A DNA stretch of 64,000 nt from the NCBI GenBank assembly GCA_016722575.1, contig JADKIY010000002.1:136734-200733 (forward strand). The letters are read 5' to 3'. The stretch is from Elusimicrobiota bacterium. GTDB lineage: Bacteria; Elusimicrobiota; Elusimicrobia; FEN-1173. The translations under genes and the position numbers were made by a program. Of this stretch, positions 7,780 through 18,127 are shown piece after piece (position 1 is the stretch's first letter; the number at the start of each line of letters is the position of its first letter). The notes under the pieces were generated by a model. That model did not search any database and had not been told where the DNA came from. It saw only the letters and a program-made list of their open reading frames with translations.

Positions 7780-9290
7780 GCGGCGGTCCCGTCGCGGGCG
7801 CCGGGCCGGGACAGAAGGCCCGCCAGCCCGAAGGTGACGACGGTCCCCAGAACCACCAGCCAGCTCCACCCCACGGGCACAATTTTCTTTTCCGACAGAA
7901 CGAGCAGAATCAAATTGACGATCGCGCTCGCGACCATCGCGACGGCGTTCCATCCGTCGGACCGACGGCGGGTCAAGAGGCCGAGCAGGAAAATCCCCAA
8001 AAGGGACCCGAACGTCACTCCCCCGATCTTGAAGGCCAACCACAAGATGTTTCGATGGAAGCTGAACCCGTAGGCCAAGGCCGCCAGCAAGACGCCGAAC
8101 ACCGCGACCCCCCACCGCGACAAACGCAACACCTCCCGATCCGTGGGGCGGCGCCCGCGACCTTCAACGTAGGGCCGGTAGAGGTCCGTCACGAAGGACG
8201 TCGCCAAAGAGGCCAACGGGGAATCGATCCCGGCCAACACGATGGCCGACAACATCCAGCCCTTCAACAAGGGCGGCATGACGTGGCCGATAAAATGCGG
8301 AAACACGGCGTCGGGATTCGCGGGGAAGGGAACGGATCCGGCCTGACGAAAGTAAACGAAGAGGCCGGTTCCGATGGTCAAATACGTGAGCAGCACGCCG
8401 AGGCTCACGGCGATCGTGCCCACCATCGTTTTCTGGCTGTCGCGCCGCGTCTCGACGGTCAACAACCGCTGCATTAAATCCTGGTCCGTGCCGAAGGCGG
8501 CCAGGGATCCGAAGAAACCGTTCAAGATGGCAATCCACAGGATGTTCGGGTTGGCGAAGAATTGCCGCCAAAAATGGGGAACGTCGCCGGAGGGGCCCCA
8601 CTCCAGAACCGCCGTGTGCCCCGCCGCGGAGGCCTGGGACCAAATGGCCGCCCACCCCCCCGCCACCGTGTGGCCCAAGAAGGCGATCGTCGCGAGACCT
8701 CCGCCGATAAAAACCAGCGCCTGCACCACGTTGGTCCACACCACGGCCTTCATTCCCCCCAGGGACATGTAGGCGACTCCGACCAAAACAAACACGCCGA
8801 TCACCGGCAAAATCGGCACGTTCAACAGAACGGACAGCGCCAAACACGCGGCCATCAGACGAACCCCGGAGCCCAAGAGCCGCGTTAAGAAAAAGAAAAA
8901 CGAAGCGGCGGTTTGAGTGACGCGCCCGAACCGCGCCCCCAGGAACTGATAAATGGTCGTGCAATTAAATTTGTAGAACGCCGGGATGAAGAGGAAGGCG
9001 ATGACCAAACGGGCGGCGGTCGAGCCGATGAAAAATTGAAGGTACTGCCAGTTCTCGTTGCAGGCCGTGGCCGGAACGGAAATGACGGTCACGGCGCTCA
9101 CTTCGGTGGCGACAAAAGAGAGGCACGCGGCCCACATCGGCATTCGGCGGCCGCCGAGAAAAAAATCGTCGGCCGTGCCTTGCCCCTTCCGAAGGAAAAC
9201 CCCCATCCCCACCATCAGCGCCAGGAGGCCCAGGAGGACGGCCAGGTCCGCCGCGCCGATCAACGACCCGCTGAACGACCAGGCTTCCAT
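7776..9290 (-). CDS. Sodium:solute symporter family transporter; by context a MurT-like putative MurNAc/amino-sugar importer
   Basis: 504 aa, 13-14 TM segments, SSF signature regions. Sits between namZ-like and dedA in a murQ operon. Confidence 0.85.
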   Translation of the reverse strand: MEAWSFSGSLIGAADLAVLLGLLALMVGMGVFLRKGQGTADDFFLGGRRMPMWAACLSFVATEVSAVTVISVPATACNENWQYLQFFIGSTAARLVIAFLFIPAFYKFNCTTIYQFLGARFGRVTQTAASFFFFLTRLLGSGVRLMAACLALSVLLNVPILPVIGVFVLVGVAYMSLGGMKAVVWTNVVQALVFIGGGLATIAFLGHTVAGGWAAIWSQASAAGHTAVLEWGPSGDVPHFWRQFFANPNILWIAILNGFFGSLAAFGTDQDLMQRLLTVETRRDSQKTMVGTIAVSLGVLLTYLTIGTGLFVYFRQAGSVPFPANPDAVFPHFIGHVMPPLLKGWMLSAIVLAGIDSPLASLATSFVTDLYRPYVEGRGRRPTDREVLRLSRWGVAVFGVLLAALAYGFSFHRNILWLAFKIGGVTFGSLLGIFLLGLLTRRRSDGWNAVAMVASAIVNLILLVLSEKKIVPVGWSWLVVLGTVVTFGLAGLLSRPGARDGTAA

Positions 9291-9292
9291 GG

Positions 9293-10498
9293 TCAGGGGT
9301 ACAGCAGGTGGGCGCGGCGGGCCGCGTCGAAATCGGCGGCGCTTTGGTGAAGGACGGCCAGGAGGTCCCCGGGGCTCCGCCCCGCGTTGAAATCGGATTC
9401 AAAAACGGCGCTGCCCACCACCCGGGGCATTTCCGCCCAACGGGGCTGAAACGCCTTGGGGCGGGCGTCCCGGATCAAACACGCGGCGTGGACGAAAAGG
9501 TCCACCGGGCGCGCCCGCCGGGGGGCGTCGATGATCACGCGAACACCGTAACAGCGTTCTCCCCGGTATCGGTCCGACGTCGGCCGAAACGTCACGGAAC
9601 GAAAGCGAAGCCCGTCCAATTTCAGGGCGTTGAGCTTTTTGGCCAGAGGCACGTCTTTGAGCCACGGGGCGCCAAACACTTCAAAAGGGGTCGGGGTGCC
9701 GCGGCCGACCGACACGTTGGTCGACTCAAAAGCGCCGATCCCGCAATAAAGAAGGGCCGCCCGGGCCGTTTTAATGTTGGGGGAGGGCGGCACCCAATTC
9801 AAACCGGTGTCCTCCCACATCATGGACCGCCGCCACCCCTTCAGGGGGATGACCATCAACCGGGCGTTGAGGCCGGCCTGCACATCGTGCCATTGGGCCA
9901 ATTCCCCCACCGTCAACCCGTGCCGCACGGGGATCGAATAGTAGGCGGTGAAATGGCGGACCTCGGTGGAAAGCACCAGGCCCTCCACGGTTGCGCCGCC
10001 CAAGGGATTGGGGCGATCCAACACGATGAATTCCTTGTCCGCCCGAGCGGCCTCTTCCAACGCGTAACCCAGGGTCGTGATGTAGGTGTAAAAGCGCGCG
10101 CCCACGTCCTGCAAGTCGAACACGAGGGCGTCAACCCGCTCGAGCGCCGCCGCGGTGGGGCGCTGATTTTTCCCGTAGAGGCTGAAGATCGGGACGCCCG
10201 TGTCCCGGTAGGTGGTGTCCTCCACGGGCCGACCGTGTTCTTCCGTCCCGCTGAAACCGTGTTCGGGACTGAAAATGGCCGCCAGGGTAACCCCGGGCGT
10301 ATCGATCAGCAAATCCACCAGGTTTTTCCCTTGGCGGTCGACCGAGGTCCGATTGACGATCACCCCGATGCGCTTGCCCCACAACGGAGCGAAGTTTTGG
10401 GATTCCAAAACATCCAAGCCGGTCTCCACCGCGGCGTGGGCGGGACCCACCGCCAGGATCAAAATCGCCATCGCCGCCGCTCGTGGGAGGGCTTTCAT
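9293..10498 (-). CDS. DUF1343-family exo-beta-N-acetylmuramidase (NamZ/YbbC-like), secreted
   Basis: 401 aa, signal peptide 'MKALPRAAAMAILILAVGPAHA'. DUF1343 core ('FDLQDVGARFYTYITTL...LDRPNPLGG'). ATGA overlap with murQ. Confidence 0.8.
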   Translation of the reverse strand: MKALPRAAAMAILILAVGPAHAAVETGLDVLESQNFAPLWGKRIGVIVNRTSVDRQGKNLVDLLIDTPGVTLAAIFSPEHGFSGTEEHGRPVEDTTYRDTGVPIFSLYGKNQRPTAAALERVDALVFDLQDVGARFYTYITTLGYALEEAARADKEFIVLDRPNPLGGATVEGLVLSTEVRHFTAYYSIPVRHGLTVGELAQWHDVQAGLNARLMVIPLKGWRRSMMWEDTGLNWVPPSPNIKTARAALLYCGIGAFESTNVSVGRGTPTPFEVFGAPWLKDVPLAKKLNALKLDGLRFRSVTFRPTSDRYRGERCYGVRVIIDAPRRARPVDLFVHAACLIRDARPKAFQPRWAEMPRVVGSAVFESDFNAGRSPGDLLAVLHQSAADFDAARRAHLLYP

Positions 10499-11391
10499 CG
10501 GGATTTCAGGGCACCGCGCAAAAATCCCTTCGCGGCCCGCAAACGGATTTCCGCCGTCCGACGGTCCACGCCCCGCCGGGCCATGACGATGGCGGTCTTG
10601 GCCCGGCCGTCCGCCAACCGCAAAAGTCGCGTCGCGGCCGCCGGGGACACGCCGCCCAGCCCCGACACCAAACGAGCGGCCCGGGCCCGAAGCTTCTCCG
10701 ACCGGGGTTGGAGATCAACCATCCAATGGTCGTACACCTTGCCGGTTTGGACCATGGCCAGGGTCGTCAGCGTGTTTAGTATGATTTTCGTCGCGGTCCC
10801 CGCTTTAAGCCGCGTGGATCCCGTCAGGGGTTCGGGGCCGGTCCGGGCGGCGATAATCACATCGGCCAAGGCGCGGTTGGAGGGCCGGTTGCAGGTGACG
10901 AGCACCGTGGCGGCCCCCCGTTGACGGGCGGTCCGCAGAGCCGAAAGAACGTAGGGGGTCACGCCGCTGGCGGCGACGCCGACCACGGCGTCCCGAGGGA
11001 GCAAACCCCGCAGGGCCGATCGAGGTTCCCGGGTTCGATCCTCGGCGCCTTCCTGGGAACGGAACACCGCGCGCCGGCCGCCGGCCATCAAAGCGCGAAC
11101 GGTGCCGGAAGGGGTGTTGAAGGTGGGCGGGCATTCGGCGGCTTCCAAGACGCCCAAACGCCCGCTGGTGCCGGCGCCGACAAAAAAGATTCGCCCGCCT
11201 CGGGACAAGGCGAGCGACAATGAGCGCACGCCGCGAACCAACGCGTTTTTTTCTCGGGCGACCGCGGCCACGGCCCGGGCGTTTTCACGGACCATCAGGT
11301 CCACCAGGCCGGGCAAGGGCCTTTGGTCCAATCCCCGGGACGCGGGGTTGGGTTTTTCCGTCGTCAAACGCGCAAATCGTTTTGGATTCAC
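10495..11391 (-). CDS. murQ: N-acetylmuramic acid 6-phosphate etherase MurQ (SIS domain)
   Basis: 298 aa, 'GRIFFVGAGTSGRLGVLEAAECPPTF', 'TGSTRLKAGTATKIILN'. GTG start in the track; a downstream start is possible. Confidence 0.85.
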   Translation of the reverse strand: MNPKRFARLTTEKPNPASRGLDQRPLPGLVDLMVRENARAVAAVAREKNALVRGVRSLSLALSRGGRIFFVGAGTSGRLGVLEAAECPPTFNTPSGTVRALMAGGRRAVFRSQEGAEDRTREPRSALRGLLPRDAVVGVAASGVTPYVLSALRTARQRGAATVLVTCNRPSNRALADVIIAARTGPEPLTGSTRLKAGTATKIILNTLTTLAMVQTGKVYDHWMVDLQPRSEKLRARAARLVSGLGGVSPAAATRLLRLADGRAKTAIVMARRGVDRRTAEIRLRAAKGFLRGALKSR

Positions 11392-11436
11392 GGTTTATTA
11401 GAATAACACTTTCGGTTCGTGAACGGAGGCTCCGCG

Positions 11437-12945
11437 GTGATCGACGAACAATTGATCGGGGAACGGTTGGTTTTCGGCATTCCCGGCCCCCGGCCCACCC
11501 GGGCCGACCTTCAACTTTTTCGGGACACCCACGCCGGGGGGTTGATTCTCTATCGAATCAACTACCGCTCCCCGGTCCAGATCCGCGCCTTGGTCCGGGA
11601 GATGGAAGAGTCCCTGGGTCGCCGTCTCCTCGTGACCGTCGACCACGAAGGCGGCCGGGTGATCATGTTCCAGGGCGGCGTCACTGTTTTTCCCGATAAT
11701 CTCGCCTTCGGCACCGGCGCCACGCCCGCGGACGCCGCCCGGCAGGGCGCCGTGGAAGGCCGGGAATTGCGTCGTCTGGGCATGGACGTGGCGTTCTCCC
11801 CCACGGTGGACGTTTTAACGCGCACCCACAGCCCGAACATCGGCATCCGCTCCTACGGGGACAACCCGGATCGCGTGGCGGCCATGGCGGTGGCCCGATT
11901 GCGCGCCCTTCAGGCCCAGGGCGTGAGCGCCTGCGCCAAACACTTCCCGGGCCTCGGGCCGGCTTCGCTCGACCCCCATTTGGATCTGCCCGTTATCCGA
12001 ACGACCTGGGCCGAAATGCGTCGCTCCCATTTGAAGCCCTTCCGGGCGGCCATCGCCGCCGGGGTGGACATGATCATGTCGTCCCATCCCCTCTACCCCC
12101 GGCTGGAACCCCGCCCTCGAACCCCCGCCACTTTTTCGAAAAAACTGATCACGGGCCTGCTCCGGGAGGAATTGGGGTTTCGCGGCGTGATCGCCTCCGA
12201 CGACCTGGAAATGGGCGCCCTGCGTCGGCTGGCCCCCGTCGGCCGCGCCGCCGTCCTGGCGGCCGCCGCCGGGCACGATTTGATTTTGTGCTGCCACCGG
12301 GCCGATCTCCAGCGCGGGGTTTTCCACGCGTTGCTCGAGGCCGTCCGCTCCGGAGAACTTTCCCGCCGGGACCTGGAATGCTCCGTGGAACGCCTGCGGC
12401 GACTTCGGGGATTCGCTCAAAAACGGTTTGCCCCCGGACCGGCGGTGGCCGACCCCGCGGGAGCGGCCCTGGCCGCCCGCGTCGCGCGCCGAGCGGTCAC
12501 GGTCACGGGCCCGGCGTTGCGGTCGCCGGACGCGCGGCCAGCGAAAACCCTGGTGATTTTCCCCCGTTTCGAACCCCTCTCCCGTCGCATCATGATCGAG
12601 CCGATGATGACACGGCCGGGGGCCTTTTTTAAAAAAACCGTTCCCGATCCCCGGGCGCGGCTCTGCCCGATCGACATCAACCCGGGCCCGCGCGAAAGGC
12701 GCCGGGTTCTTCAGCGTGCCCGAAACGCCGACCAAGTCGTCTACGTTTGTTTCGACGCGCACCTCCAACCGGGCGATCGCGCGCTGATGGCGTCCCTTCA
12801 ACGGCGGCAACCAAAACCGATTCTGGTTCTTCTTCGCAACCCCTACGACCGCGTCTTCGCGGACCCACGCTCGACGGTCGTCACCGCCTTCGGGTTTCGT
12901 CAATGCCAAATCGCCGCCTGCCTGGAACGGATTTTCGGCTCGTGA
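11437..12945 (+). CDS. nagZ: Beta-N-acetylhexosaminidase NagZ (GH3 N-terminal domain) with C-terminal extension
   Basis: 'VDHEGGRV', 'KHFPGLG', 'DDLEMGA' GH3 motifs. GTG at 11437 is preferred (GGAGG 7 nt upstream). The track start is 11419. Confidence 0.85.
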   Translation: MIDEQLIGERLVFGIPGPRPTRADLQLFRDTHAGGLILYRINYRSPVQIRALVREMEESLGRRLLVTVDHEGGRVIMFQGGVTVFPDNLAFGTGATPADAARQGAVEGRELRRLGMDVAFSPTVDVLTRTHSPNIGIRSYGDNPDRVAAMAVARLRALQAQGVSACAKHFPGLGPASLDPHLDLPVIRTTWAEMRRSHLKPFRAAIAAGVDMIMSSHPLYPRLEPRPRTPATFSKKLITGLLREELGFRGVIASDDLEMGALRRLAPVGRAAVLAAAAGHDLILCCHRADLQRGVFHALLEAVRSGELSRRDLECSVERLRRLRGFAQKRFAPGPAVADPAGAALAARVARRAVTVTGPALRSPDARPAKTLVIFPRFEPLSRRIMIEPMMTRPGAFFKKTVPDPRARLCPIDINPGPRERRRVLQRARNADQVVYVCFDAHLQPGDRALMASLQRRQPKPILVLLRNPYDRVFADPRSTVVTAFGFRQCQIAACLERIFGS

Positions 12946-13793
12946 ACCTCGGGGTCGATTTGGGCGGGACGAACCTGCGTTGGGTCTTAACGACCGCCGC
13001 CGGCCGCGCGGTAAAAACCTTCCAGGGACCCGCCGTCCCCCCCAACCAATTGCCCGGTCGGCTACGGAATTCCCTCCCCCCCCTTGGGCGAAAATCGATT
13101 CAACATCTGATCATCGGTTCCAAAGGGGTTTGGGCCCTCCCCGAGCGTCGCGCCCTCCAACGCCGATGCCGGGACCTGGCCCAGCGCGTGACAGTCTTTT
13201 CGGACGTGGAATTGGCTTTTTGGACGTCGGTGGGCCGACGGACCGAATCGGGCCTCTATTTGGCGGTGGGAACGGGGTCTCTGGCCCTCGGTCGCACTCC
13301 CGCGGGCCGTTGGGTGCGCGCCGGCGGCCTGGGTCCGCGCCTCGGCGACGAGGGGTCGGGGTTTTGGATCGGGCGGGAGTATTTGCGGCGGGTGAAAGGA
13401 AAGTCGGCCTCCGACCTTCGGCGTCTTTCGTCGACCCCGGAAGCGGTGCGGCAAACGGCCGCCTTGGCGCGGCGCGTGGCCTTCGGCGCCCCAACCGATT
13501 CACGTTATCGATCGATTCTTCGGGACGCCCAGGAGCAACTCGTTCGGCTGGTGGAGGAGGCGGCCCGCCCTTGGGGGAATCGGCGGGGTTTAAGATTGGG
13601 CGGCGGCGGGGCGGTTTATGAAAACGCCGATTTTCGGTCCGGTTTCTGGCGCCGCCTGCGGCAAAAATGGCCGGGGCGATTCATCCCCGCGGCGCCGGCC
13701 CGCGACGTCGCCCGTCGAGCGGCCCGCGACGCGGAACGCCTCGCTCAGCGCGCGCCGCGCTCCGTGCCGCCGCGCCGCTTGGCCAAAAAGTAA
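12942..13793 (+). CDS. BadF/BadG/BcrA/BcrD-type sugar kinase (N-acetylglucosamine/MurNAc kinase, MurK-like)
   Basis: GTG start overlapping the nagZ stop (GTGA at 12942-12945). 'VNLGVDLGGTNLRW', 'DEGSGFWIGREYL'. Confidence 0.75.
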   Translation: MNLGVDLGGTNLRWVLTTAAGRAVKTFQGPAVPPNQLPGRLRNSLPPLGRKSIQHLIIGSKGVWALPERRALQRRCRDLAQRVTVFSDVELAFWTSVGRRTESGLYLAVGTGSLALGRTPAGRWVRAGGLGPRLGDEGSGFWIGREYLRRVKGKSASDLRRLSSTPEAVRQTAALARRVAFGAPTDSRYRSILRDAQEQLVRLVEEAARPWGNRRGLRLGGGGAVYENADFRSGFWRRLRQKWPGRFIPAAPARDVARRAARDAERLAQRAPRSVPPRRLAKK

Positions 13794-14950
13794 ACCCGCC
13801 CTTTTTCCCAAAAGCCGACGGCGAAGGATTCCCCGGCGGCCCCCCCGCCCACGAAATAGTCCACCCGCCCCGGCCCTTTGATCGCCCCGCCTTCGTCCTG
13901 ATTGACCACAAAACGGGCCGTCTTGTTTTTCGTGTCGGTTTCCATCCACGCCAGGGCGCCCGGGGGATACACGGCGGGATCCGTGGCGATGGACCGCCGG
14001 GGCGTCAAAGGAACGTTCAAGGAACCAAACGCCGCGTCTTTGAGGTCGGACCGGTCGATCTGGAAAAAAACGTAGCGCGGATTGATGTTCAAGAGGGATT
14101 GCCGGGTTCCGGCGTGGGACCGGAGATATTGCTTCATCGCTTCCCGGGAAAACGTTTCGCGGGACAACAGCCCCCGTTCGATCATGGCGCCGCCCACGGA
14201 CCGGTAGGGGAGCCCGTTGTTCCCCGCGTAGCGGATGCGCAGGCGTTCTCCGTTCGGCAACCGCAACCAGCCCGACCCCTGCACCTGCAAAAAGAAAACA
14301 TCCAAGGGATCCGCCGCCCAGGCGATCTCCAAATTCCTACCGGCCAGGCGGCCGCCGGAATCGATCTCCTCCCGGGACCAATAGGGACGAAGATTTCCGC
14401 CGACGCGGCGCCCGATTTGCTTTTCGCCGCTGGGCAACATCGATTCTTCCAGATCGGCCGGCCGGCCGTAGAGGGGCACGGTGAAGGAGGAAGTCCGGGT
14501 CAACGAAGCGTCCAGGTCGTGCTCGTAGTAGGCCGAAAACACGACGTTCCCGTCCGGCGCCGCGCCCGTGGATCGGTATACCCAAAAGGCGTCCCGGACG
14601 CGACGGCCGAAATCCGGCGGATTCGCCGCCAGCCATTCGTCGATCAGCGCCATCCCTTCGGCCATTTCCCGGGCGTTGTAGGCATCGGGACCAAAGTGGA
14701 ACAAACGGTCGGAAGGTTGTTTTTCAAAGTAGCGGCGGCTCGCCCGGACGGCGATTCCCAAGTCCTCCCGATCCAGGTCGTCCAGAAAATCCGGCGCCTC
14801 CTCGGGCGGGAGGCGAAGCAGGGCGGTGGCGGGAACCGGAGCGGTGGACCCCGACCGGGGAACGGCCACGGCGGGCGGGTACCGGTGGATGGGGCCCAGG
14901 CAGCCCGCGGCCAACAGAAAAAAAACCGCCGCCCGCCCGGGATTATTCAC
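13745..14950 (-). CDS. mltA: Membrane-bound lytic murein transglycosylase A (MltA), lipoprotein
   Basis: GTG start 'VNNPGRAAVFFLLAAGC' (lipobox). 'LQVQGSGWLRLPNGERLRIRYAGNNGLPYRSVG' (MltA/3D domain). The upstream 90 codons of the track ORF are unsupported. Confidence 0.8.
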   Translation of the reverse strand: MNNPGRAAVFFLLAAGCLGPIHRYPPAVAVPRSGSTAPVPATALLRLPPEEAPDFLDDLDREDLGIAVRASRRYFEKQPSDRLFHFGPDAYNAREMAEGMALIDEWLAANPPDFGRRVRDAFWVYRSTGAAPDGNVVFSAYYEHDLDASLTRTSSFTVPLYGRPADLEESMLPSGEKQIGRRVGGNLRPYWSREEIDSGGRLAGRNLEIAWAADPLDVFFLQVQGSGWLRLPNGERLRIRYAGNNGLPYRSVGGAMIERGLLSRETFSREAMKQYLRSHAGTRQSLLNINPRYVFFQIDRSDLKDAAFGSLNVPLTPRRSIATDPAVYPPGALAWMETDTKNKTARFVVNQDEGGAIKGPGRVDYFVGGGAAGESFAVGFWEKGRVYFLAKRRGGTERGAR

Positions 14951-15743
14951 GCGGGAAATCGGCCTCAACGGAGGAAATATCCCATCGGACAAAGACGCGC
15001 CGAAGAAGTCCGCGCGCGTCGAAACACAAGCGCCCCTGGATGGGCACCCGCCGGTCCTCTTTGGCAATGCGGAAGTTGTAAACAAACGTTTGAAGGTCGC
15101 CCTCGGGATAACTCGTCGCCGGTTCCCCCAACAAAAACAACGTTTTCGATAAGCTGGGCAATTCCGCCTCGATGTGAGGGGGCAACGAGATCCGTCCGCG
15201 GGCGAGGCGCTTGGTTTCAAAAACCTCCGCGTTGGCGGCTTGTTTCAAGGTTTCCACCAGAACGTTCCGGGGGAACAACAGCATGAAGGTTTCGGGAACG
15301 ATGATTTTGACCAACTTTCCTTCGTGAAAGGCCAAGTCCAGAGACAGGCGGGCCAGGGGCGGGGGACCCGCCGCGGGAACCGTCGATTCGTTCAAAACGA
15401 ACGTTGTGGTTCCGAAAACCACCGGGGCGGGCACGACGGGGGCCGGGGATTCTTCGAATTCGTAGTGGTAAACGTCCTCCCCTTCCGCCGTTTGGTACAA
15501 GGGTTCCGCGCCGATCAGGAATTTGACGTCCTTTGTCTTAAGAACGGGCACGTTAAACCCGATGATCAATTCCGAACGTCCGGAAATATAAAAGTTTTCG
15601 TCGAAATTCCGGAGCTGCTTTTTGATTTCCAAGAGGCGCAGGTAAACGCAACCGGAAAGGAAGGGGACCGCCAAAAGCAAAACCGCGCCCCCGCGCGCAA
15701 AGGCCCGTCGGAAACCCCGCGATCGGGCGGCGCGGCCGGTCAT
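14943..15743 (-). CDS. Hypothetical lipoprotein (classic lipobox FLSGC)
   Basis: ATG overlapping the pheT stop (ATGA at 15740-15743). 'MTGRAARSRGFRRAFARGGAVLLLAVPFLSGC'. 266 aa, no family recognised. Confidence 0.6.
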   Translation of the reverse strand: MTGRAARSRGFRRAFARGGAVLLLAVPFLSGCVYLRLLEIKKQLRNFDENFYISGRSELIIGFNVPVLKTKDVKFLIGAEPLYQTAEGEDVYHYEFEESPAPVVPAPVVFGTTTFVLNESTVPAAGPPPLARLSLDLAFHEGKLVKIIVPETFMLLFPRNVLVETLKQAANAEVFETKRLARGRISLPPHIEAELPSLSKTLFLLGEPATSYPEGDLQTFVYNFRIAKEDRRVPIQGRLCFDARGLLRRVFVRWDISSVEADFPRE

Positions 15744-18127
15744 GAATTCGGCGGAACAACGGCCCGGGGGTGGGCGTGAAAGGCTTCGGCCAAGCCTTTG
15801 AGAATCCGTTCGTGGAGCGCGGCCCCCTCGGCGTCGCTCACGGTCCGATCGGCGTGGCGAAAGGTCACCCGAAACGCCAGGCTGCGTTGGCCCTCGGCCA
15901 CGCCCGCGCCGGTAAACACGTCGAAGAGCCGAACGTTTTCCACCAGTTCGCTTTGGCCGTGAATCCAAAAAACGAGGGAGGACCAGGACACCGTCGCTGG
16001 AAAAATCATTGAAAAATCCCGGATCAAAGGGGGTTGATTGGACAGGCCCTGAAACCGCAAGGGCAGAAATTCCCCCTCGGCCGCCAGCGTCAAATCCAAT
16101 TCCCCGGCCAGGGTGTCCGGCGGCAAATCCCACGCCGCGGCCCGGCGGGGGTGCAAACGGCCAAACACACCGAGGGAGCGGCCGTTTAACACGACCGTTT
16201 GCGATTCGCCGGGATGAAAGGCGGGATGTTCGGAGGTTTCAAAACGAACGCCCTTCAAACGCCACTCTTTTAAGAGCGCCTTGGTCCAGGCTTTGGCGTC
16301 CCAAAACGACAGGGGACGCGTGGAATATTTCCAGTGGTCCTCTTCGGAGGCGCCCACGGCCACCCAGGCGGTGGCGTCCCTTTCCACCGCCGTCCCGCCC
16401 GTGAGCCGAAAGACCCGGGCGTTTTCAAACAAACGGACGTTGCCCGCCCCCCGCCGCCGGTTGTGCCGGGCGTTCGAAAGCAAATTGATTAAAAGAGTCG
16501 GGTTGAGGCAATCGCCCGCCGTGGAGAGGGGATTGTCCAGTTCGGCCAGGTCCGCGCCGTCCGAACCGCTCCAATCCGTCCAATCGGTCCGGGACACCAG
16601 CCCGCTGTTTCGCGCTTCCCGGAACCCCCACCCCACCCACCGGGCGCCGGCCCGCTGGGACAATTCGCGCGCGGGCAAAGGATGGTCGATCACGCGGGTG
16701 GCCGCCCGCCGCCGTTCGGGAATACGGTCGTACCCCACGCCCCGGGCGATCTCTTCGGCCACATCGGCCGTTTCGCGCACGTCGGCGCGGTGGACGGGCG
16801 GCGTGAGGGAGAGCCGGTCGCCCGACCCGCTGACCTTGAAACCCAAAGCGATCAGGGCTTTTTTCACCGGGGCCGGGGTCAAGGGCATTCCCAGCAATTC
16901 CCCGATCCGGTCCACCGAAACGTTGACGATGAGCGGTTTTTCGGGTTTTGACGCCGCGTCGCAATGCCCCGTCAGTCGCCCTCCCCCGGTTTGAAGAATC
17001 AATTGAACCGCGCGGGCGCTGGCGGCCTCCGCCAGGGCGGGGTCGGTTCCCCGCTCAAATCGATAGGAACTCTCGGTGGACAGATTCCATCGCCCCCGAG
17101 CCCGCCGAATTTCCGCGGGAAGAAAAACGGCGCTTTCCAAAAACAGGTCGGTGGATTCCGCGGTGACCGAGGCCGGGCGTCCGCCCAACACCCCGGCCAA
17201 GGCCTGGGGCCGCGCGGCGTCGGCGATGACCAACGCCCCGTCCACGGGACGAACGACGCCGTCCAACCCCTCCAGGGTTTCCCCCGCCCGTCCGCGACGA
17301 ACCACGATTCGGGATTCCGCCAATTTCGCCCGGTCGAAGGCGTGCAGGGGGTGGCCCCACTCCAGCAGCACGTAATTGGTGACGTCCACCACGTTGTTGA
17401 TGGAACGGAGCCCGCAACGCTCCAACCGCAAACGCATCCAAAGCGGCGAGGCCGTCACGCGCACGCCTTCCAAAACGCGCCCAATGTATCGGGAACAGGC
17501 GGCCGGGTCTTCGATTTTGACGTCGTTTTTTCGGGCCGGGGCTTTGGGCACGGTCGGCGGTTTCCAGGCCAGGGGGCGCCCGGCCGCGGCGGCCAATTCC
17601 CGGGCCAAACCCCAATGAGACAGGGCGTCCGGCCGGTTCGGGGTGATTTCCACTTCCAAAATTTCATCGTCCAACCCCAGGGCCTTCACGATGGATTCGC
17701 CCAGCGTCGCGTCGACCGGCAGCTCGAAGAGCCCGGCGTGTTCGTCGCTCAACCCCAATTCCCTGGCCGAACACATCATGCCCTGGGAGTCGACCCCCCG
17801 CAGGGCCCGCGCTTCGATTTTCAAATCCCCGGGAAGCGTGGCGCCCAAACGGGCCAAGGGATAGACCCCGCCCGCCGTGACGTTGGGGGCGCCGCAGACG
17901 ACGTTCCAGCGATCCTTCCCGTCGAACACGCGGCACACGCGCAGTTTGTCGGCGTTGGGGTGTTTTTCCACCGCTTCCACCCGGGCCACCACCACGTTGG
18001 TTAAAACGCCGCCCACCCGGGCCACGGAGGGAACGTCGAACCCCGCTCGTCGAAGGCGCGCCGCCGCTTCCGGGGCGGTCAGCGGTTCCGGCAGAAATTC
18101 GTTGAGCCACGCCAGGGACGCCTTCAT
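15740..18127 (-). CDS. pheT: Phenylalanine--tRNA ligase beta subunit
   Basis: 795 aa, 'MKASLAWLNEFLP...', with tRNA-binding, B3/B4, B5 and FDX-ACB domains. Confidence 0.95.
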   Translation of the reverse strand: MKASLAWLNEFLPEPLTAPEAAARLRRAGFDVPSVARVGGVLTNVVVARVEAVEKHPNADKLRVCRVFDGKDRWNVVCGAPNVTAGGVYPLARLGATLPGDLKIEARALRGVDSQGMMCSARELGLSDEHAGLFELPVDATLGESIVKALGLDDEILEVEITPNRPDALSHWGLARELAAAAGRPLAWKPPTVPKAPARKNDVKIEDPAACSRYIGRVLEGVRVTASPLWMRLRLERCGLRSINNVVDVTNYVLLEWGHPLHAFDRAKLAESRIVVRRGRAGETLEGLDGVVRPVDGALVIADAARPQALAGVLGGRPASVTAESTDLFLESAVFLPAEIRRARGRWNLSTESSYRFERGTDPALAEAASARAVQLILQTGGGRLTGHCDAASKPEKPLIVNVSVDRIGELLGMPLTPAPVKKALIALGFKVSGSGDRLSLTPPVHRADVRETADVAEEIARGVGYDRIPERRRAATRVIDHPLPARELSQRAGARWVGWGFREARNSGLVSRTDWTDWSGSDGADLAELDNPLSTAGDCLNPTLLINLLSNARHNRRRGAGNVRLFENARVFRLTGGTAVERDATAWVAVGASEEDHWKYSTRPLSFWDAKAWTKALLKEWRLKGVRFETSEHPAFHPGESQTVVLNGRSLGVFGRLHPRRAAAWDLPPDTLAGELDLTLAAEGEFLPLRFQGLSNQPPLIRDFSMIFPATVSWSSLVFWIHGQSELVENVRLFDVFTGAGVAEGQRSLAFRVTFRHADRTVSDAEGAALHERILKGLAEAFHAHPRAVVPPNS

